The notes below the pieces were generated by a model. The model was not told the DNA's origin. It did no database searches and was given only the letters and a program-made list of their open reading frames with translations. Source: Malacoraja senta (taxonomy: Eukaryota). Taken from it: a stretch of DNA of 62,000 nt. The translations under genes and the position numbers were made by a program. The stretch lies in assembly GCA_038087875.1 (NCBI GenBank), contig CM075997.1, positions 930,001 through 992,000 on the forward strand, written 5' to 3'. How positions within the stretch are numbered: the stretch's first letter is position 1; every line of letters begins with the position of its first letter. Shown piece after piece: positions 39,430 to 53,580 of the stretch.

Positions 39430-39720
39430 TGAATTGGAAGATACAGCATGGAAACAGGCCCTTTGGTCCACTGAGTCCACACCGGCCATCCATCACCCCT
39501 TCACACTAGTTCCATGTTATCCCACTTTCTCATCCACTCCCTGCACACTAGGGGCAATTTACAGAGGGCCAATTAACCTGTAAACACGCACATCTTTGGG
39601 GTGTGGGTGGAAACATGCAAACTCCACACAGCCAGCAACCGAGATCAGGATCCAACCCAGGTCTATGGAGCTGTGAGGAGGCTGTGCTGCACTTAATTTT
39701 ACCAGCTGCGCCACTGTGCT
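39430..39720 (-). mobile_element. V-SINE (HE1-like), diverged
   Basis: Same consensus, internally deleted. Confidence 0.7.
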
Positions 39721-40289
39721 GCACTTAATTTTTTTTAAAGATATTTCTCTATTCAAAGCTCCTGCCATTTTTGCTCATCTAAATGTAAACATATCCTCGT
39801 ACCAGGTATATCAGCTGCCATCTCTGCAGTCACATCTTGAGTTACTGCGTGTTTTCTGCTTTTATTGTTACTGCAATAATGCTTTTGTTTTGCAAATGTC
39901 TCATTGTTTTATTTTCAAGTTTAGAATCCTATTTCTTGCCCTTCCATAAGCCGGCAAGTCTATGTGTGCGCACATGGCAAAACATTGCCAAACGCCCTCT
40001 CGCCGTCCACTTCACAACTTTAAAATGCAAATGCTGTGTTGGAAAGACATTCCAGACGCTGAGGGATTGCAACTTTAAGAATGCTTTTACAGAACATACA
40101 ACTGAAATTTAATTAAACAATGCAGGATATAAGGGGGGGGGGGGGGGGGAAACCAAATGAGGATTTTGTTATTTGCATTATGCAAATAAACTGCAAACAC
40201 AACAAGTATGTCAATTAACCAGTTTCCACAGCGAGCCTGCCCTTCACTACGCTCATTGGCTCAAAGCCTGACAATTAAACTACTGCCAA

Positions 40290-41380
40290 AGAGAGACACA
40301 AAACGCTGGAGTAACTCAGTGGGACGGGCAGCATCCCTGGAGAAGGAATGGGTGACGTTCGAGTCGAGACCTTTCTTCAGACTGACAGTCAGGGAGAGGG
40401 AGACTAGTGATATGGATGGGTAAGGTGTGAAAATGGCAGATCAAAGCCCAGACGATGTTCATAAACATGTAGAATGGTCATTGTTAGCAGGGGGGGGGGG
40501 GGGGGAGGTTACAACGAGGCATGCAATCAGAAAAATTAATCAGGGGGACAGTGAAACTAGTGGAGAACTAGGGTGGGGGAGGGACCGACTAGTTTCACTG
40601 TCCATCGACACAAAATGCTGGTTCACTCAGCAGGACAGGCAGCTTCTCTGGAGAGAAGGAATGGGTGACGATTTGGGTCGAGACCCTTCCTCAGATTGGA
40701 AGAATCTTCTGAGTCTGAAGAAGGGTCTCGACCCAAAACATCACCCATTCCTTCTCTCCAGAGATGCTGCCCGTCCCGCTGAGTTACTCCAGCATTTAGT
40801 ATCTATCTTCGGTGTAAACCAGCATCTGCAGTTCCTTTCTAAACAACTGGTTCCACTGTCCTCCTGATTAATAATAATAATATATTTTATTGTCATTGCA
40901 CATAGGTGCAACGAGATTTGGTATGCAGCTTCCATCCGATGTCATAACTTAAACAACTAATACAATTTAGATAAAATTTAGATACCCCGAGAAACATGAT
41001 TTATTTTAAAAACAGTAAAACAGTCTGTTTGTATACCTGATTGTATACCTCGTTGTCACCTTCCCCCCAGCTAACAATAAACCATTCTACATTTCCTTGA
41101 GCATCGTCTGCTTTGATCTGTCATTTTCACACCTTACCCTTCCATATCTCTAGTCCCCTCTCTCTTCTGACTCTCAGCCTGAAGAAGGGTCTCGACCCGA
41201 AACATCACCCATTCCTTCTCTCCAGAGATGCTGCCCGTCCCGCTGAGTTTCCCCAGCATACTTTGTGTCTATAGTGGGTGAGACATCCCTTGGAATCTTG
41301 GATAAAAGCTGCAGTAACTCAGCGGGACGGGCAGCATCTTTGGAGAGAAGGAATGGGTGACGTTTCAGGTCGAGACCCTC
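40290..41380. mobile_element. Cluster of Penelope-like 3' UTR copies in both orientations
   Basis: 40290-40580 (-), hairpin 40605-40845, 41030-41270 (+), 41310-41380 (-); all match 50136-50640. Confidence 0.8.
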
Positions 41381-41859
41381 ATTTCATAGACATAGACATA
41401 GAAAATAGATGCAGGAGGAGGCCATTCAGCCCTTCGAGCCAGCACCTCCATTCATTGTGATCATGGCTGATCGTCCCCAATCAATAACCCGTGCCTGCCT
41501 TCTCCCCATATCCCTTGAATCCACTAGCCCCTAGAGCTCTATCTAACTCTCTCTTAAATCCATCCAGTGACTTGGCCTGCACTGCCCTCTGTGGCAGGGA
41601 ATTCCATAAATTCACAACTCTCTGGGTGAAAACGTTTTTTCTCACCTCAGTCTTAAATGACCTCCCCTTTATTCTAAGATTTCAGACTTGAAATCCTCCC
41701 CACAATTCAGAAAGGTCATGGTTGGCCCTTTAACGTATGCGACACCAGTGATGGCGATTGCACGTCAAGATACAGATAGAAACTAGGAACTGCATTCTAC
41801 ACCTACGAAAACCTACACGAACTGCATTGCACACACAGTGCCAGCCTTCCCAGGGTTGA

Positions 41860-43053
<1,194 letters not shown>

Positions 43054-43155
43054 TAATTCCATTGATAAATAGGTGCAGGAGTAGGCCATTCGGCCCTTCG
43101 AGCCATCACCGCCATTCAATATGATCATGCTTTAGTTTGGCACAAAGTATTTTCC

Positions 43156-44695
43156 CTTTTAGATATTGAGGCTCGGTGGAAATGTTGAGCAGGTCGGGCA
43201 GCATCTGTGAAGAGAGAATATACACATGGGTAGGAAGGAACTGCAGATGCTGGTTTAAACCAGGGATAGACACAAAATGCTGGAGTAACACAGCAGGACA
43301 AAGTCTGTTCCTTTTTAGATATTGAAACTGGGTGGAAAATGCTGAACAAGGTCAGGCAGCATCTGTGAAGAGAGAATATACACATGGGTAGGAAGGAACT
43401 GCAGATGCTGGTTTAAACCGAGGACAGACACAAAATGCTGGAGTAACACAGGGGAACAGGCAGCATCTCTGGAGAGGACTAAGTCTGAAGAAGGGTCTCG
43501 ACCCAAAACGTCACCCATTCCTTCTCTCCAGAGATGCTGCCTGTCCGCTGAGTTACTCCAGCATTTTGTGTCTATCTTTGGTGTAAACCAGCATCTGCAG
43601 TTCCTTCCTGCACAACTTTCTTTGTACTTCCAGCAGTTTTAAAGTGCTGGAGGAACTCAGCAGGTCAGGCAGCATCTATGGAGGGAATGGATAGGAGATG
43701 TTTCGGGTGGGACCTTTCTTCAGTCTGATCTTAGTCCATTACCTCCACAGACACTGCCTGACCCATTGTTCTTCCGGCACTTTGTGCTTTGCTCTAGATT
43801 CCAGCATCTGCAGTCTCTTGTGCCTCCAGTGGTTTGTATTTCAGCTTTCTGGCGTCTGCAGTGTTTCTGCTTTGGTCGGAGAGTGGCAGGACATGGTGGG
43901 AGGGATTAAATGACAGAGTGGGGGAGGCTGAAGCAAAGAGAAAGGAGAAATAAAGTACGGGTCCAGGGTGGTGTGTGTGGGAAGAGCGGAGTTGTCATCC
44001 AAAATTAAAGTGAAGAGTAATGACCCCCAAGGAGAGACACAAAGTGCTGGAGTAACTCGGAGGCAGCATCTCTGCATAGAAGGAATGGTTGACATTTCGG
44101 GTCGAGGCCCTTCTTCAATCCCCGAACGTCGCACATTCGTTCCATGCCGAGATGCTGCCTGTCCCGCTGAGTTACTCCAGCATTTTGTGTCCATCTTCGG
44201 TGTAAACCAGCTTCTGCAGTTCCTTCCCACACATGACTCCCAAGGACCTGACCTCCACCCCAGAGGTTCATGAGGTGGGTGGGAACACGGTGTGTGTGTT
44301 CCATCTCCCCAAATCCTACAGATTGTGGCCTCAGGACTGTACAGTGTGGAAACAAGGAACTGTAGATGCTGGTTTACAAAAAAAGACTCCGTGCTGGAGT
44401 AACTCAGTGGATCAGGCAGCATTTCTGGAGAACGTGGACAGTTGAGTTTTAGTGACGGGGCGCTTCTTCGGGGGGGGGGGGTAAGCTGCATGAGCGGAAG
44501 GGCAGGAGAATTGGTGGACATAAGTGGGGCGAAGGGAAGTTATATGACTAAGGTTGGACAAAGGCCAGAGATGAAAAGAAGATAGGCATGAGAACGTGAC
44601 ACGGGTCTGAAGAAAGGTCACGGCCCGACCCAAAACGTCACTTTCATGTTCTCCAAGGATGCTGCCTGACCTGCTGAGTTACTCCAGCACTTTAC
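43156..44695. mobile_element. Cluster of Penelope-like fragments, including a ~155-bp tandem duplication
   Basis: Repeated GATGCTGCCTGTCCCGCTGAGTTACTCCAGC; 43156-43293 is repeated at 43312-43450. Confidence 0.75.
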
Positions 44696-44921
44696 CTTAA
44701 AAAAAAAAAAATTTTAAACTGTATAGCACAGGAACAGGCCCTTCGGCCCGCAATGTCCGTGCCAAACATGATAGTGTTAAACTAACCTCATCTGACTGCA
44801 CATGATCCATATCCTTCCATTCCCTGCATGTTCATGTGCCTGTCTGTCTATCTATAGACGCCTATACGCCGCTGTTGCGTATGTCTCCACCTGGCAGCAG
44901 GTTCAAGGTACCCATCACTCT

Positions 44922-45212
44922 TTAGACATTCGAGATGCAGCGCGGAAACTGGCCCCACGGCCCACCGAGTCGGCAGAAAACCAGGGACCAATCACTGCAC
45001 TGCACCCTGGGGACATTTTAAATTTTACCGAAAAGCCAATTAATTTACAAACCTGGACGTCTTTGGAGCGTGGGAGGAGACCAGAGCACCTGGAGAAAAC
45101 CCACACGGTCACGGGGAGAACGCACAAATTCCACACAGGCAGCAGCTGTAGTCAGGATCGAACCTGGGTCTCCTGCGCTGTAAGGCAGAAACCCTATCAC
45201 TGTGCCACCCAC
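44922..45212 (-). mobile_element. V-SINE (HE1-like)
   Basis: Same consensus. Confidence 0.75.
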
Positions 45213-45989
45213 TGTACAAAAAAACAACTTGCGCCACACATTTTCCTATAACCTTTGCCCCTCTCACCTTCGAGCTCTGCCATCTCGTCTATGATGTTTC
45301 CACTCTGGGAAATGGGTTCTGGCTGTCTTCCCATTTATGCCTCTCATAATTTTATAACCTTCCATCAGGACTCCACTCATCTTCGTTCAATCCTCTCAGA
45401 TCTATCTTCCCCTCTCAACCCATTCTCCTGCCTTTCTCCCCATTACCCCTGACACCCATACTAATCAAGAATCTACCAATCTCTGCCTTAAAAATATTCA
45501 CTGACTTGACCTACACAGACTGTGGTGACAATGAATTCCACAGATTCACCTCCCTCAGACTCAATAAATTCCTCCTCATCTCCTTTCTAAAGTTACGCGC
45601 TTTTATTTTGAGGCTACGCCCTCGGATCCTACACTCTCCCACTAGTGGAAACATCCTCTCCACATCCCACTCTAACCAAATTTCTATGAGGTTTCTCCCC
45701 CCACCCCCCTCATCTTTCTAAACTGTTGTGATGGACGAGTTGGGCTGAAGGGCCTGTTTCCGACTCACTGGCTGATCTGCCCTGGCCTTGCCACCTCTTC
45801 CCTAGCAAGTTCCTGAACTTCCAGAAAATGTATCTGCTTTTTCTTCAAATATTCCCAATAAACCAGCCTCCATTGCCCTCCGGGACAGAGGCTGCAGCTA
45901 ACAAACCAGGTTGAGACCCTGTCAGGTAGTGACCAGGATAAAGCCGATCTCACAATGATCCTTGGGGAAGGGAATGTGCTGTCCATTGC

Positions 45990-46158
45990 CGTAGAGTTGC
46001 TGCCTTACAGCGCCAGAAACCCAGGTTCAATCCTGACTGCGGATGCTGTCTGTACGAAGTTTGTACGTTCCCCCTGGTGACCGTGTGGGTTTTCTTCCAG
46101 GTGCTCTGGTTTTCTCCCTACACTCCAAAGACGTCCAGGTTTGTAGGTTAATTGGCTT
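45990..46158 (+). mobile_element. V-SINE truncated by the assembly gap
   Basis: Same consensus up to the Ns. Confidence 0.75.
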
Positions 46159-46358
46159 NNNNNNNNNNNNNNNNNNNNNNNNNNNNNNNNNNNNNNNNNN
46201 NNNNNNNNNNNNNNNNNNNNNNNNNNNNNNNNNNNNNNNNNNNNNNNNNNNNNNNNNNNNNNNNNNNNNNNNNNNNNNNNNNNNNNNNNNNNNNNNNNNN
46301 NNNNNNNNNNNNNNNNNNNNNNNNNNNNNNNNNNNNNNNNNNNNNNNNNNNNNNNNNN
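46159..46358. other. Assembly gap (200 N)
   Basis: Run of N; the repeats on either side are different and non-contiguous. Confidence 1.
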
Positions 46359-46645
46359 AGGTTTAAGGTGAAAGGTGAAAGGTTTAATAGGAACCTGAGG
46401 GGCAACTTTTTCACACAGAGGGTGGTGAGTTTATGGAACAAACTGCCAGCGGAGATAGTTGTGGCAGGCACTATAACAGCATGTAAACAACATTTGGACA
46501 GGTAGTCACATGGATAAGCAAAAGGTAGAGGGATGGGCCAAACATGGGCAGGTGAGACCTGCGTAGATGGGGCACCTTGGTCGGCGTGGGCATGTTAGGC
46601 CGACGGGCCTGTTTCCATGCTCTATGACTCCAAGCACGATTAAAA

Positions 46646-46951
46646 GGGGCAGCAGGGTAGTGCAGTGGTAGAGTTGCTGCCTCACAGTGCCAGAAACCCC
46701 GGTTCAATCCTGACCATGGGTGCTGTCTGTACGGAGTTTGTACGTTCTCCCCGTGACCCGCGTAAGTTTTCTCCGGGATCTCCGGTTACCTCCTACACTC
46801 CAAAGACGTACAGGTTTGTGGGTTAATTGGCTTGGTTTAATTTTAAATTGTCCCGAGTGTGTGTAGGGCAGTGTTAGTGTGCGGGGATCGCTGGTCGGCG
46901 CGGTCTTGGTGGACCGAAGGGCCTGTTTCTGCGCTGTATCTCTAAACTAAA
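46646..46951 (+). mobile_element. V-SINE (HE1-like)
   Basis: Same consensus. Confidence 0.85.
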
Positions 46952-48187
46952 CGTAACAGTATTTAAAAGACATTGGGACAGGTACATGGATAGGAACATT
47001 TTAGAGGTGCATAGGCCAAACACGGGCAGGTGGGACTAGCGTAGATGGGGCATCTTGATTGGCATGAGCAAGTTAGACCAAAGGGCCTGAGTCCATGCTG
47101 TATGACGATCCAAAAAGTTTGTTACCGGAAGACAAAATTATGACGTGCAACTTTTTTCAAGGTGTCAGCGCGCTAGAGTGACTTATATTATCACAAAATA
47201 AAAATTGCTGCCGAGCCAGTCACTTTCTTTCCTCCCATTAGAAATCTCCATCTTCCTTTGTCTTATTTCTCTTCTTTCCTCCTGCACTTATTTGGGAGTT
47301 TAGGGGTCTTTTCCTTTCTTTCTTTTATTTTACTTCTGATTCTTCATTCTCTCCTTTTTCTCTTTTTTTTTTGGATTCAGGTTTCAATGTTAAAAATGAA
47401 GCTGCACAAAAATTGTATAACTGTCATGTCGATTGCCTTATTCTTGTACAATTGCTTCTAATAAAATTAATTAAATTTTTTTTTTCTTTAAATGGCTCCT
47501 AATCTTCTCCTGTTCTGAATGTCCCGCAGACCAGTCTCCAAACTCAAGCCAGAGTTGTTTCGGACCAACGAAATTTGGGCTCAACATATTTACAAAGGTG
47601 GACCCTTAACTGGTTTCAACCTCGGCCCTCCACTACAGCAGGGGAGATTTAGGTGGTTTGAGGAACAATTCCTGTACCGACTGAGGCTGGGAATTGAAAT
47701 GACATCTTCCAAACCATGAGAAACATTATCAGACAACCAGCCAAATGTTTCATTCAGGGGTGTGTACAGGAATTCAAGTTTGTCTGCTTTTAGAGCGTCA
47801 TGCATTTATCGTTAATATTATGCAGAGGGTGTGTGTATGTGTATCCAAGCCCTTACGTTATACATATTCTCATGGTTGATGACTGGGGTTAACACTATGC
47901 CCTTGCTTACTCAACCTTGCACATGCCTCCATTTTGTTGAACGGAATCCATTCTGCGGAGCGGGGAGTAGCTCTTCAGTCACTGAGGAGGATCCTGACCC
48001 ATGACTTGCCCTGTGGCAGGAAGCAGGGAGACCCCACTGTTGGATGTCTCCTTGCTTGAAGGTGCTCTCAGTCACAGCATCTCCAAAGCCACTGGAGTAT
48101 TCGATGGAGGCCAGATAGGTCAAACAGGTTAATTTTAAAGGGTATTTTAAAAGGAAAAAGATAAAAGGGACAAAGGTTTAAAAAGTT

Positions 48188-48630
48188 AGACACAAAATGC
48201 TGGAGTATCTCAGCGGGACAGGCGACATCTCTGGAGAGAAGGAATGGGTGCCGTTTCAGGTCGAGACCCTTCTTCAATCTGTTCAACACTCGTCCCGCCT
48301 GCCCATATTTGTCTAAACCTTTCCTATCCATGTATGGGTGACGTTTTGACCCAAAACGTCACCCATTCCTTCTCTCCAGAGAAGCTGCCTGTCCCGCTGA
48401 GTTACTCCAGCATTTTGTGTCTACCTTCGATTTAAACCAGCGTTTGCAGTTCTTTCCTACACAAGGTTTAAAAAATATTTTGGAGACACATGGAACAGCT
48501 GATGCTGGTTTAAACCAAAGATAGACACAAAAAGCTGGAGTAACTCTAGATAGGTGCTGTTTCAGGTTGGGACCCTTCTTCTCCTATCCATGTTTTCCAG
48601 AGATGCTGCCTGACCCGCTGAGTTACTCGG
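48188..48630. mobile_element. Penelope-like inverted fragments
   Basis: Opposed copies; the first pair is flanked by the direct repeat AAGGTTTAAAAA. Confidence 0.75.
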
Positions 48631-48962
48631 CACTTTGCTTCTTTTTTTTTTAAAGGTAATTCCTGAGTTTAAGCTACTATAGTTGATGAGGAGGAGCGAC
48701 GTTGGAGTCATTGTTGGTGGGTGTGTCATGATATCCTGATTAAATGAGGCCTTTGTCATTCTGACAATGAAATACCCTTGTTAAGTGGTGTGTCAGTTTG
48801 CGTGGTTCATTCTACGAGCTGGGAAGAGCGGCTCTTTTCAATAGATTCCTACATCATCTTGCATGATGAGATGTTTCTGACCACGCCTGCAAAGAAAACA
48901 CCAGTAATGCAACTCACCTCTGATTACCACTCTCTCTTCGTGAGTTCACTGCTCGACTTTAT

Positions 48963-49617
48963 TCTGGGCGTGCACATCTCTGAAGATTTCTCCTGGTCCC
49001 AGAACACTGATGCAATTATAAAGAAAGCACATCAGCGCCTCTACTTCCTGAGAAGATTACAGAGAGTCGGTATGTCAAGGAGGACTCTCTCTAACTTCTA
49101 CAGGTGCACAGTAGAGAGCATGCTGAACGGTTGCATCGTGGCTTGGTTCGCCCAGGAGCGGAAAAGACTACAAAAAGTAGTAAACACTGCCCAATCCATC
49201 ATCGGCTCTGACCTCCCTACCATCGAGGGGATCTATCGCAGTCTCTGCCTCAAAAAGGCTGGCAGCATCATCGAGGACCCACACCATCCTGGCCACACAC
49301 TCATCTCCCCGCTACCTTCAGGTAGAAGGTACAGGAGCCTGAAGACTGCAACATCCAGGTTCAGGAATAGCTACTTCCCCACAGCCATCAGGCTATTAAA
49401 CTCAACTCAAACAAAACTCTGAACATTAATAGCCCATTATCTGTTTGTTTGCACTTTATCAGTTTATTTATTGATGTGTGTGTATATCTTTATATAACAG
49501 TATATGGACACACTGATCTGTTCTGTATTCATGCCTACTATATTCTGTTGTGCTGAAACAAAGCAAGAATTTCATTGTCCTATCTGGGACACATGACAAT
49601 AAACTCTCTTGAATCTT
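48963..49617 (+). mobile_element. Rex1/Babar-clade LINE 3' end
   Basis: LGVHISEDFSWSQNTDAIIKKAHQRLYFLRRL...NFYRCTVES...DPHHPGHTLISPLPSGRRYRSLKTATSRFRNSYFPTAIRLLN; tail ACATGACAATAAA. Confidence 0.85.
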
Positions 49618-50423
49618 GAAACCTATACTGGAGACAATGCAGGGGTTCCTGTTAGTTCAACCAGTTTATCTGTTGAACAACTTCATCTTATGGATCAGGA
49701 CAGTTCCATCACAAAGCTTGGGTACAAGTTCCACAATTGTCCATGGCAACTTTAATTGCAGTCTGGCTGCTAAATATCCTCTGAAGAAGGGTCTCGACCC
49801 GAAACGTCGCCTATTCCTTCTCTCCATAGATGCTGCCTCACCCGCTGAGTTTCTCCAGCATTTTTGTCTACCTCTGATTTCAAATGAATCTTTTCTGTCG
49901 ACACAAGTGACTGCAGATGCTGGAATCTTGAGGAAAAAAAACAGCTGGGGAAACTCAGCACATCAGGCAACATCTGTGAAGAAAATGGACTAACAACGTT
50001 TCGGATCAGGACCCTTCTTCAGACTAAATCCTTTCTAAAGTGTTTTTGAAGGTATTCGTTAACTTCCAATTGCATCCTTAATTGTCCCTCAGCTGAGAGT
50101 CATACAAGGCAGACCACACAAGGAGAGACAGGATGTGTAGGGAAGGAACTGCAGATGCTGGTTTACACCGAAGATAGACACAAAATGCTGGAGTAACTCA
50201 GCGGGTCAGGCAGCATCTCTGGAGAGAAGGAATGGGTGACGTTTTGGGTCGAGACCCTTCTTCAGATGGAGAGTCAGGGGAGAGGGAGACACAAAGATAT
50301 GGAAGGGTAAGGCGTGAAAACGAGACATCAAAGGGGACGAGGCTCAAGGCAAATGTAGAAGGAATTGTCAGCTAGGGGAAGGTGACAACGGAGCATTCAA
50401 AGATGAAATATAATCAGAACAGT

Positions 50424-50516
50424 GGGATGCAAGCAGAAGCCTCCACGTGGTGCATCCCGGGCAATGCTGACAACAGGAACTGTACCACAGTGACTGACTG
50501 AAGTAGCCAATTCTGC
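50424..50516 (+). ncRNA. HDV-like ribozyme with extended P4
   Basis: P1 GGGATGC/GCATCCC; P2 GCAGAA/TTCTGC; P3 GCC/GGT; L3 TCCACGT; P1.1 CC/GG; J4/2 G-C50507-CAA. Confidence 0.8.
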
Positions 50517-50583
50517 AACCACCGTCACTGACCGACCGGAAAGACATGATATAGAAGATGGCCGGACACGAGGAAGAAGAAGG
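50424..50583 (+). mobile_element. Short non-autonomous retroelement with 5' HDV-like ribozyme and GAA tail, nested in the Penelope 3' UTR
   Basis: Perfect 8-bp TSD AGAACAGT (50416-50423 / 50584-50591); ends GGACACGAGGAAGAAGAAG. Confidence 0.8.
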
Positions 50584-51624
50584 AGAACAGTCAGACATGT
50601 CAGAGAACTAGGATGGGGGAGGGATAGAGAGAGAGGGAAAGCCAGGGTTACTTGAAGTTAGAGAAGTCAATATTCATATTGTAAGCTGCCCAAGCAAAAT
50701 ATGAGGTGCTGTTCCTTCAATTTGCATTGGGCCTCACTCTGACAGTGGAGGAGGCCCAGGACAGAAAGGTCAGTATGAGAATGGAAGGGGGAGTTAAAGT
50801 ATTTTGCAACCGGGAGATCATGTTGGTTTTGGCAGACTGAGCGCAGGTGTTCAGCGAAACGATCGCCGAGCCTGCGCTTAGTCTTGCCGATATATAGAAG
50901 TCCACACCTGGAACAGCGGATACAGTAGATGAGGTTGGAGGAAGTGCAAGTGAACCTCTACTTCACCTGTAAGGACTGTCAGAGTCCTTGGACGGAGTCA
51001 AGAAAGGTGGTATCGGGACAGGTGTTGCATCTCCTGTGGTTGCAGAGGAAAGTACCTGGGGAGAGGGTGGGAAGGGATGAGTTAACCAGGGAGTTACGGA
51101 GGGAATGGTCTCTGAGGAAGGCGAAAAGGGGTGGAGTTGGGAAGATGTGGTTAGTGGTGGGATCCTGTTGGTGAAAATGTCAGAGGATTATGTATTACAA
51201 TAAAAATCTGGTGGTTTCATAATTACCATTTTTTGATATTTTATTTAAATTCCGGATATATTTCATTACTTATTTCTAATTTTTCCAGTTATCATGGTGT
51301 GATTTAAGTCAGAAGTTCAGACATCTAAATACCTCTCCAGTGGCTTAACCACGAGTCTGAAGAAGGCTCCAGACCTGAAATGTCGGCTATCCATTTTCCT
51401 CCATCGATGCTGCCCGACCCGATGAGTTCCTCCGGCACTTTGTGTTTTGCTCATGATTGCAGCATCTGCATCCTCTTGTGTCTCTAACCTAATCATTATG
51501 TCTCTGAGCTCTTGTCTGGTTAGGTTCAATTACTTGAAGCTGCTAAAACATACTTCATTCCAATGTGAAATGGTCTCACAAAGTGCTTTGCAAGTGAAAA
51601 CCCGGTTATCAAATAATCCGGAAG

Positions 51625-52025
51625 CTGCAGCGAATCGTCCGATCAGCTGAGAAGGTTATTGGCTGCAACCTTCCCTCCATTGACGAACAGTACACTGCAA
51701 GGGCCAGGAAGCGAGCGAGCAAGATCATCTCTGACCCCTCTCACCCTGGCCACAAACTCTTTGAATCACTTCCCTCTGGAAGGCGACTCCGGACTGTCTA
51801 AGCTGCCACAGCCAGACATAAAAACTGTTTTTATCCACGAGTAGTAGCTCTACTCAATAACCAAAAATCTGTAGCCTCCTTTTGCTCTGGTATTTTATTT
51901 AATTTGCATGTGAATTTTATTATTAATGTTTAATGTTTTATGGGTCATTCCTAACTGTCACTGTATGTCATGTTGTCACTTGCGGGCTGAGCACCAAAGC
52001 AAATTCCTTGTATGTGAATATACTT
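51625..52025 (+). mobile_element. Rex1/Babar-like LINE 3' fragment
   Basis: IVRSAEKVIGCNLPSI...KIISDPSHPGHKLFESLPSGRRLR. Confidence 0.75.
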
Positions 52026-52519
52026 GGTCAATAAACGTATTCATTATTACGAAAATGGGCAACTATGTTGGCTGTGGTTTTATTTGAAATAATCTTATAT
52101 TTTAGGGACATTATTGCACGTTAATGGACCTATATTTGGGGTTGGCAAGGGGCGGTTTCTGAGGGGTGGGTAAGGAGCAGCAGGCCTTTGAAGGAATGAA
52201 CACTCACAGTGGCCTCTGGAAGGAATGAACTTTATGGCCTTCACATTCTCTTGAGATCTATGAGCTAACAAAGGTTAAATGGTCCAAAATAACATGGAAT
52301 GTGTCTGAATGTTTCAGATCTGCAGGAAGCTTTATTTATACTATAAATATCTCAGAAAGCATCCGGAATCCGATCTTTTTTTTGGCAGGTTTACAGTGCC
52401 GCAGCCAGATTTCAGACACTGAGTTGCGGGGTGATGGGGGAGGGGGAAACAAACATTCACTGGGTGAGCAGAAAGGTTTCTCATCTCACCTCGATCGGCA
52501 AGCTGGGTCCCACAAACTT

Positions 52520-53580
52520 CAGTTTAGGTTAGTTTAGAGATACAGCGCGGAAACAGGCCCACCGAATCTGCGTCCACCAGCGATCCCCGCACACTAACAC
52601 CATCCTGCACACACTAGGGACAATTTACAATTTTACCCAAGCCAATTAACCTACAAACCTGTACATCTTTGGAGTGTGGAAGGAAACTGGAGCACTCGGG
52701 GAAAACCCACGCAGGTCGTGGGGAAAATGTACAAACTCCGTACAGACAGCACCCGTAATCAGGGGCGCCGCATTGAAGGCAGCCTCTGCCAACAGTCTGT
52801 TCGTTTTCTTCCTATCTTTTTTTTATTTTAGTTTGTCTGACCAGTTTGTTTTGGGAATTCTTTAGTTTTTTTATGTGGGGGGTAGGGTATGGGGGAAAAC
52901 GTTTCCCAGTCGCTTCCTGGCGAGGATGTGTCCGAGTCGCGTCCTCGCCCCCCTCCACGCGGCCTACCATCTGGATCGGAGCGGCCTTTCCTACCGGAGA
53001 CCGGGGACCGGACCAGAGCTGCGGCGGCGCGGCGCGGCGCTGGATTCACCACGGAGCGGGCGATGCCTACCTGGATCGCCGTTTGAAGCTCCGGAGCGTT
53101 GGGCCTGCAGCGTCGACATTGCGGAGCTGTGGGTCGTGGAGCACCCAGCGCGGGCGGCGCTGAACAACATCGGGGAGTCCCTGGGGTCTTTTGCCGAGGG
53201 CCGCCTGTGTGAATCCACGCCCGGCGCGGCCTGGGGACTTCGGGAGTCGCAGACTCCGGCGGGTAGCGGCCGATTCGTAGGTCCAAGCCGCTGGGGTTGG
53301 CCTCCCGTTCCGACGTCGGAGTGCCAACATCCCGGCGAGCGGGCCTGAGCGGCGGGCCACCCGTAGCGGCGACTGCGGAGGGCTCCGGAGGCCCTGACCA
53401 CGGAGAAACATCAGAGGAAGAGGACTGGCTTTGGTGCCTTCCCTCACAGTGGGAAACATTTGATTCTGCTGTGTGGGGATGTTTTATGTTGGACTCTATC
53501 GTGTGTTGTGTTCTTTATTTTATTATATGGCTGTATGGTGATCACAGCCCAGGTCTTTGGCGCTGTGAGGCAGCAACTCC
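52520..53580 (-). mobile_element. V-SINE split by a ~780-bp GC-rich insertion (52763-53540)
   Basis: The SINE stops at CAGCACCCGTAATCAG and resumes at GATCACAGCCCAGGTCTTTGGCGCTG. Confidence 0.75.

Larger units (their letters stand above)
50136..51194 (-). mobile_element. Penelope-like retroelement (Neptune-like), 3' part: degenerate GIY-YIG endonuclease plus 3' UTR with hammerhead motif
   Basis: Minus strand translates PGTFLCNHRRCNTCP...RFTCTSSNLIYCIRCSRCGLLYIGKTKRRLGDRFAEHLRSV...HSHTDLSVLGL...EQHLIFCLGSLQ/MNIDFSNFK* (stop 50650-50648), with internal stops and a frameshift. Its 3' end is the short repeat that is abundant across the window. Confidence 0.9.

Noticed and set aside
52828..53459. 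Overlapping 100-157-aa ORFs, and a possible ribozyme at the insert's 5' end
   Set aside because: ORFs are compositional; no P1/P2/P3 pairing found.
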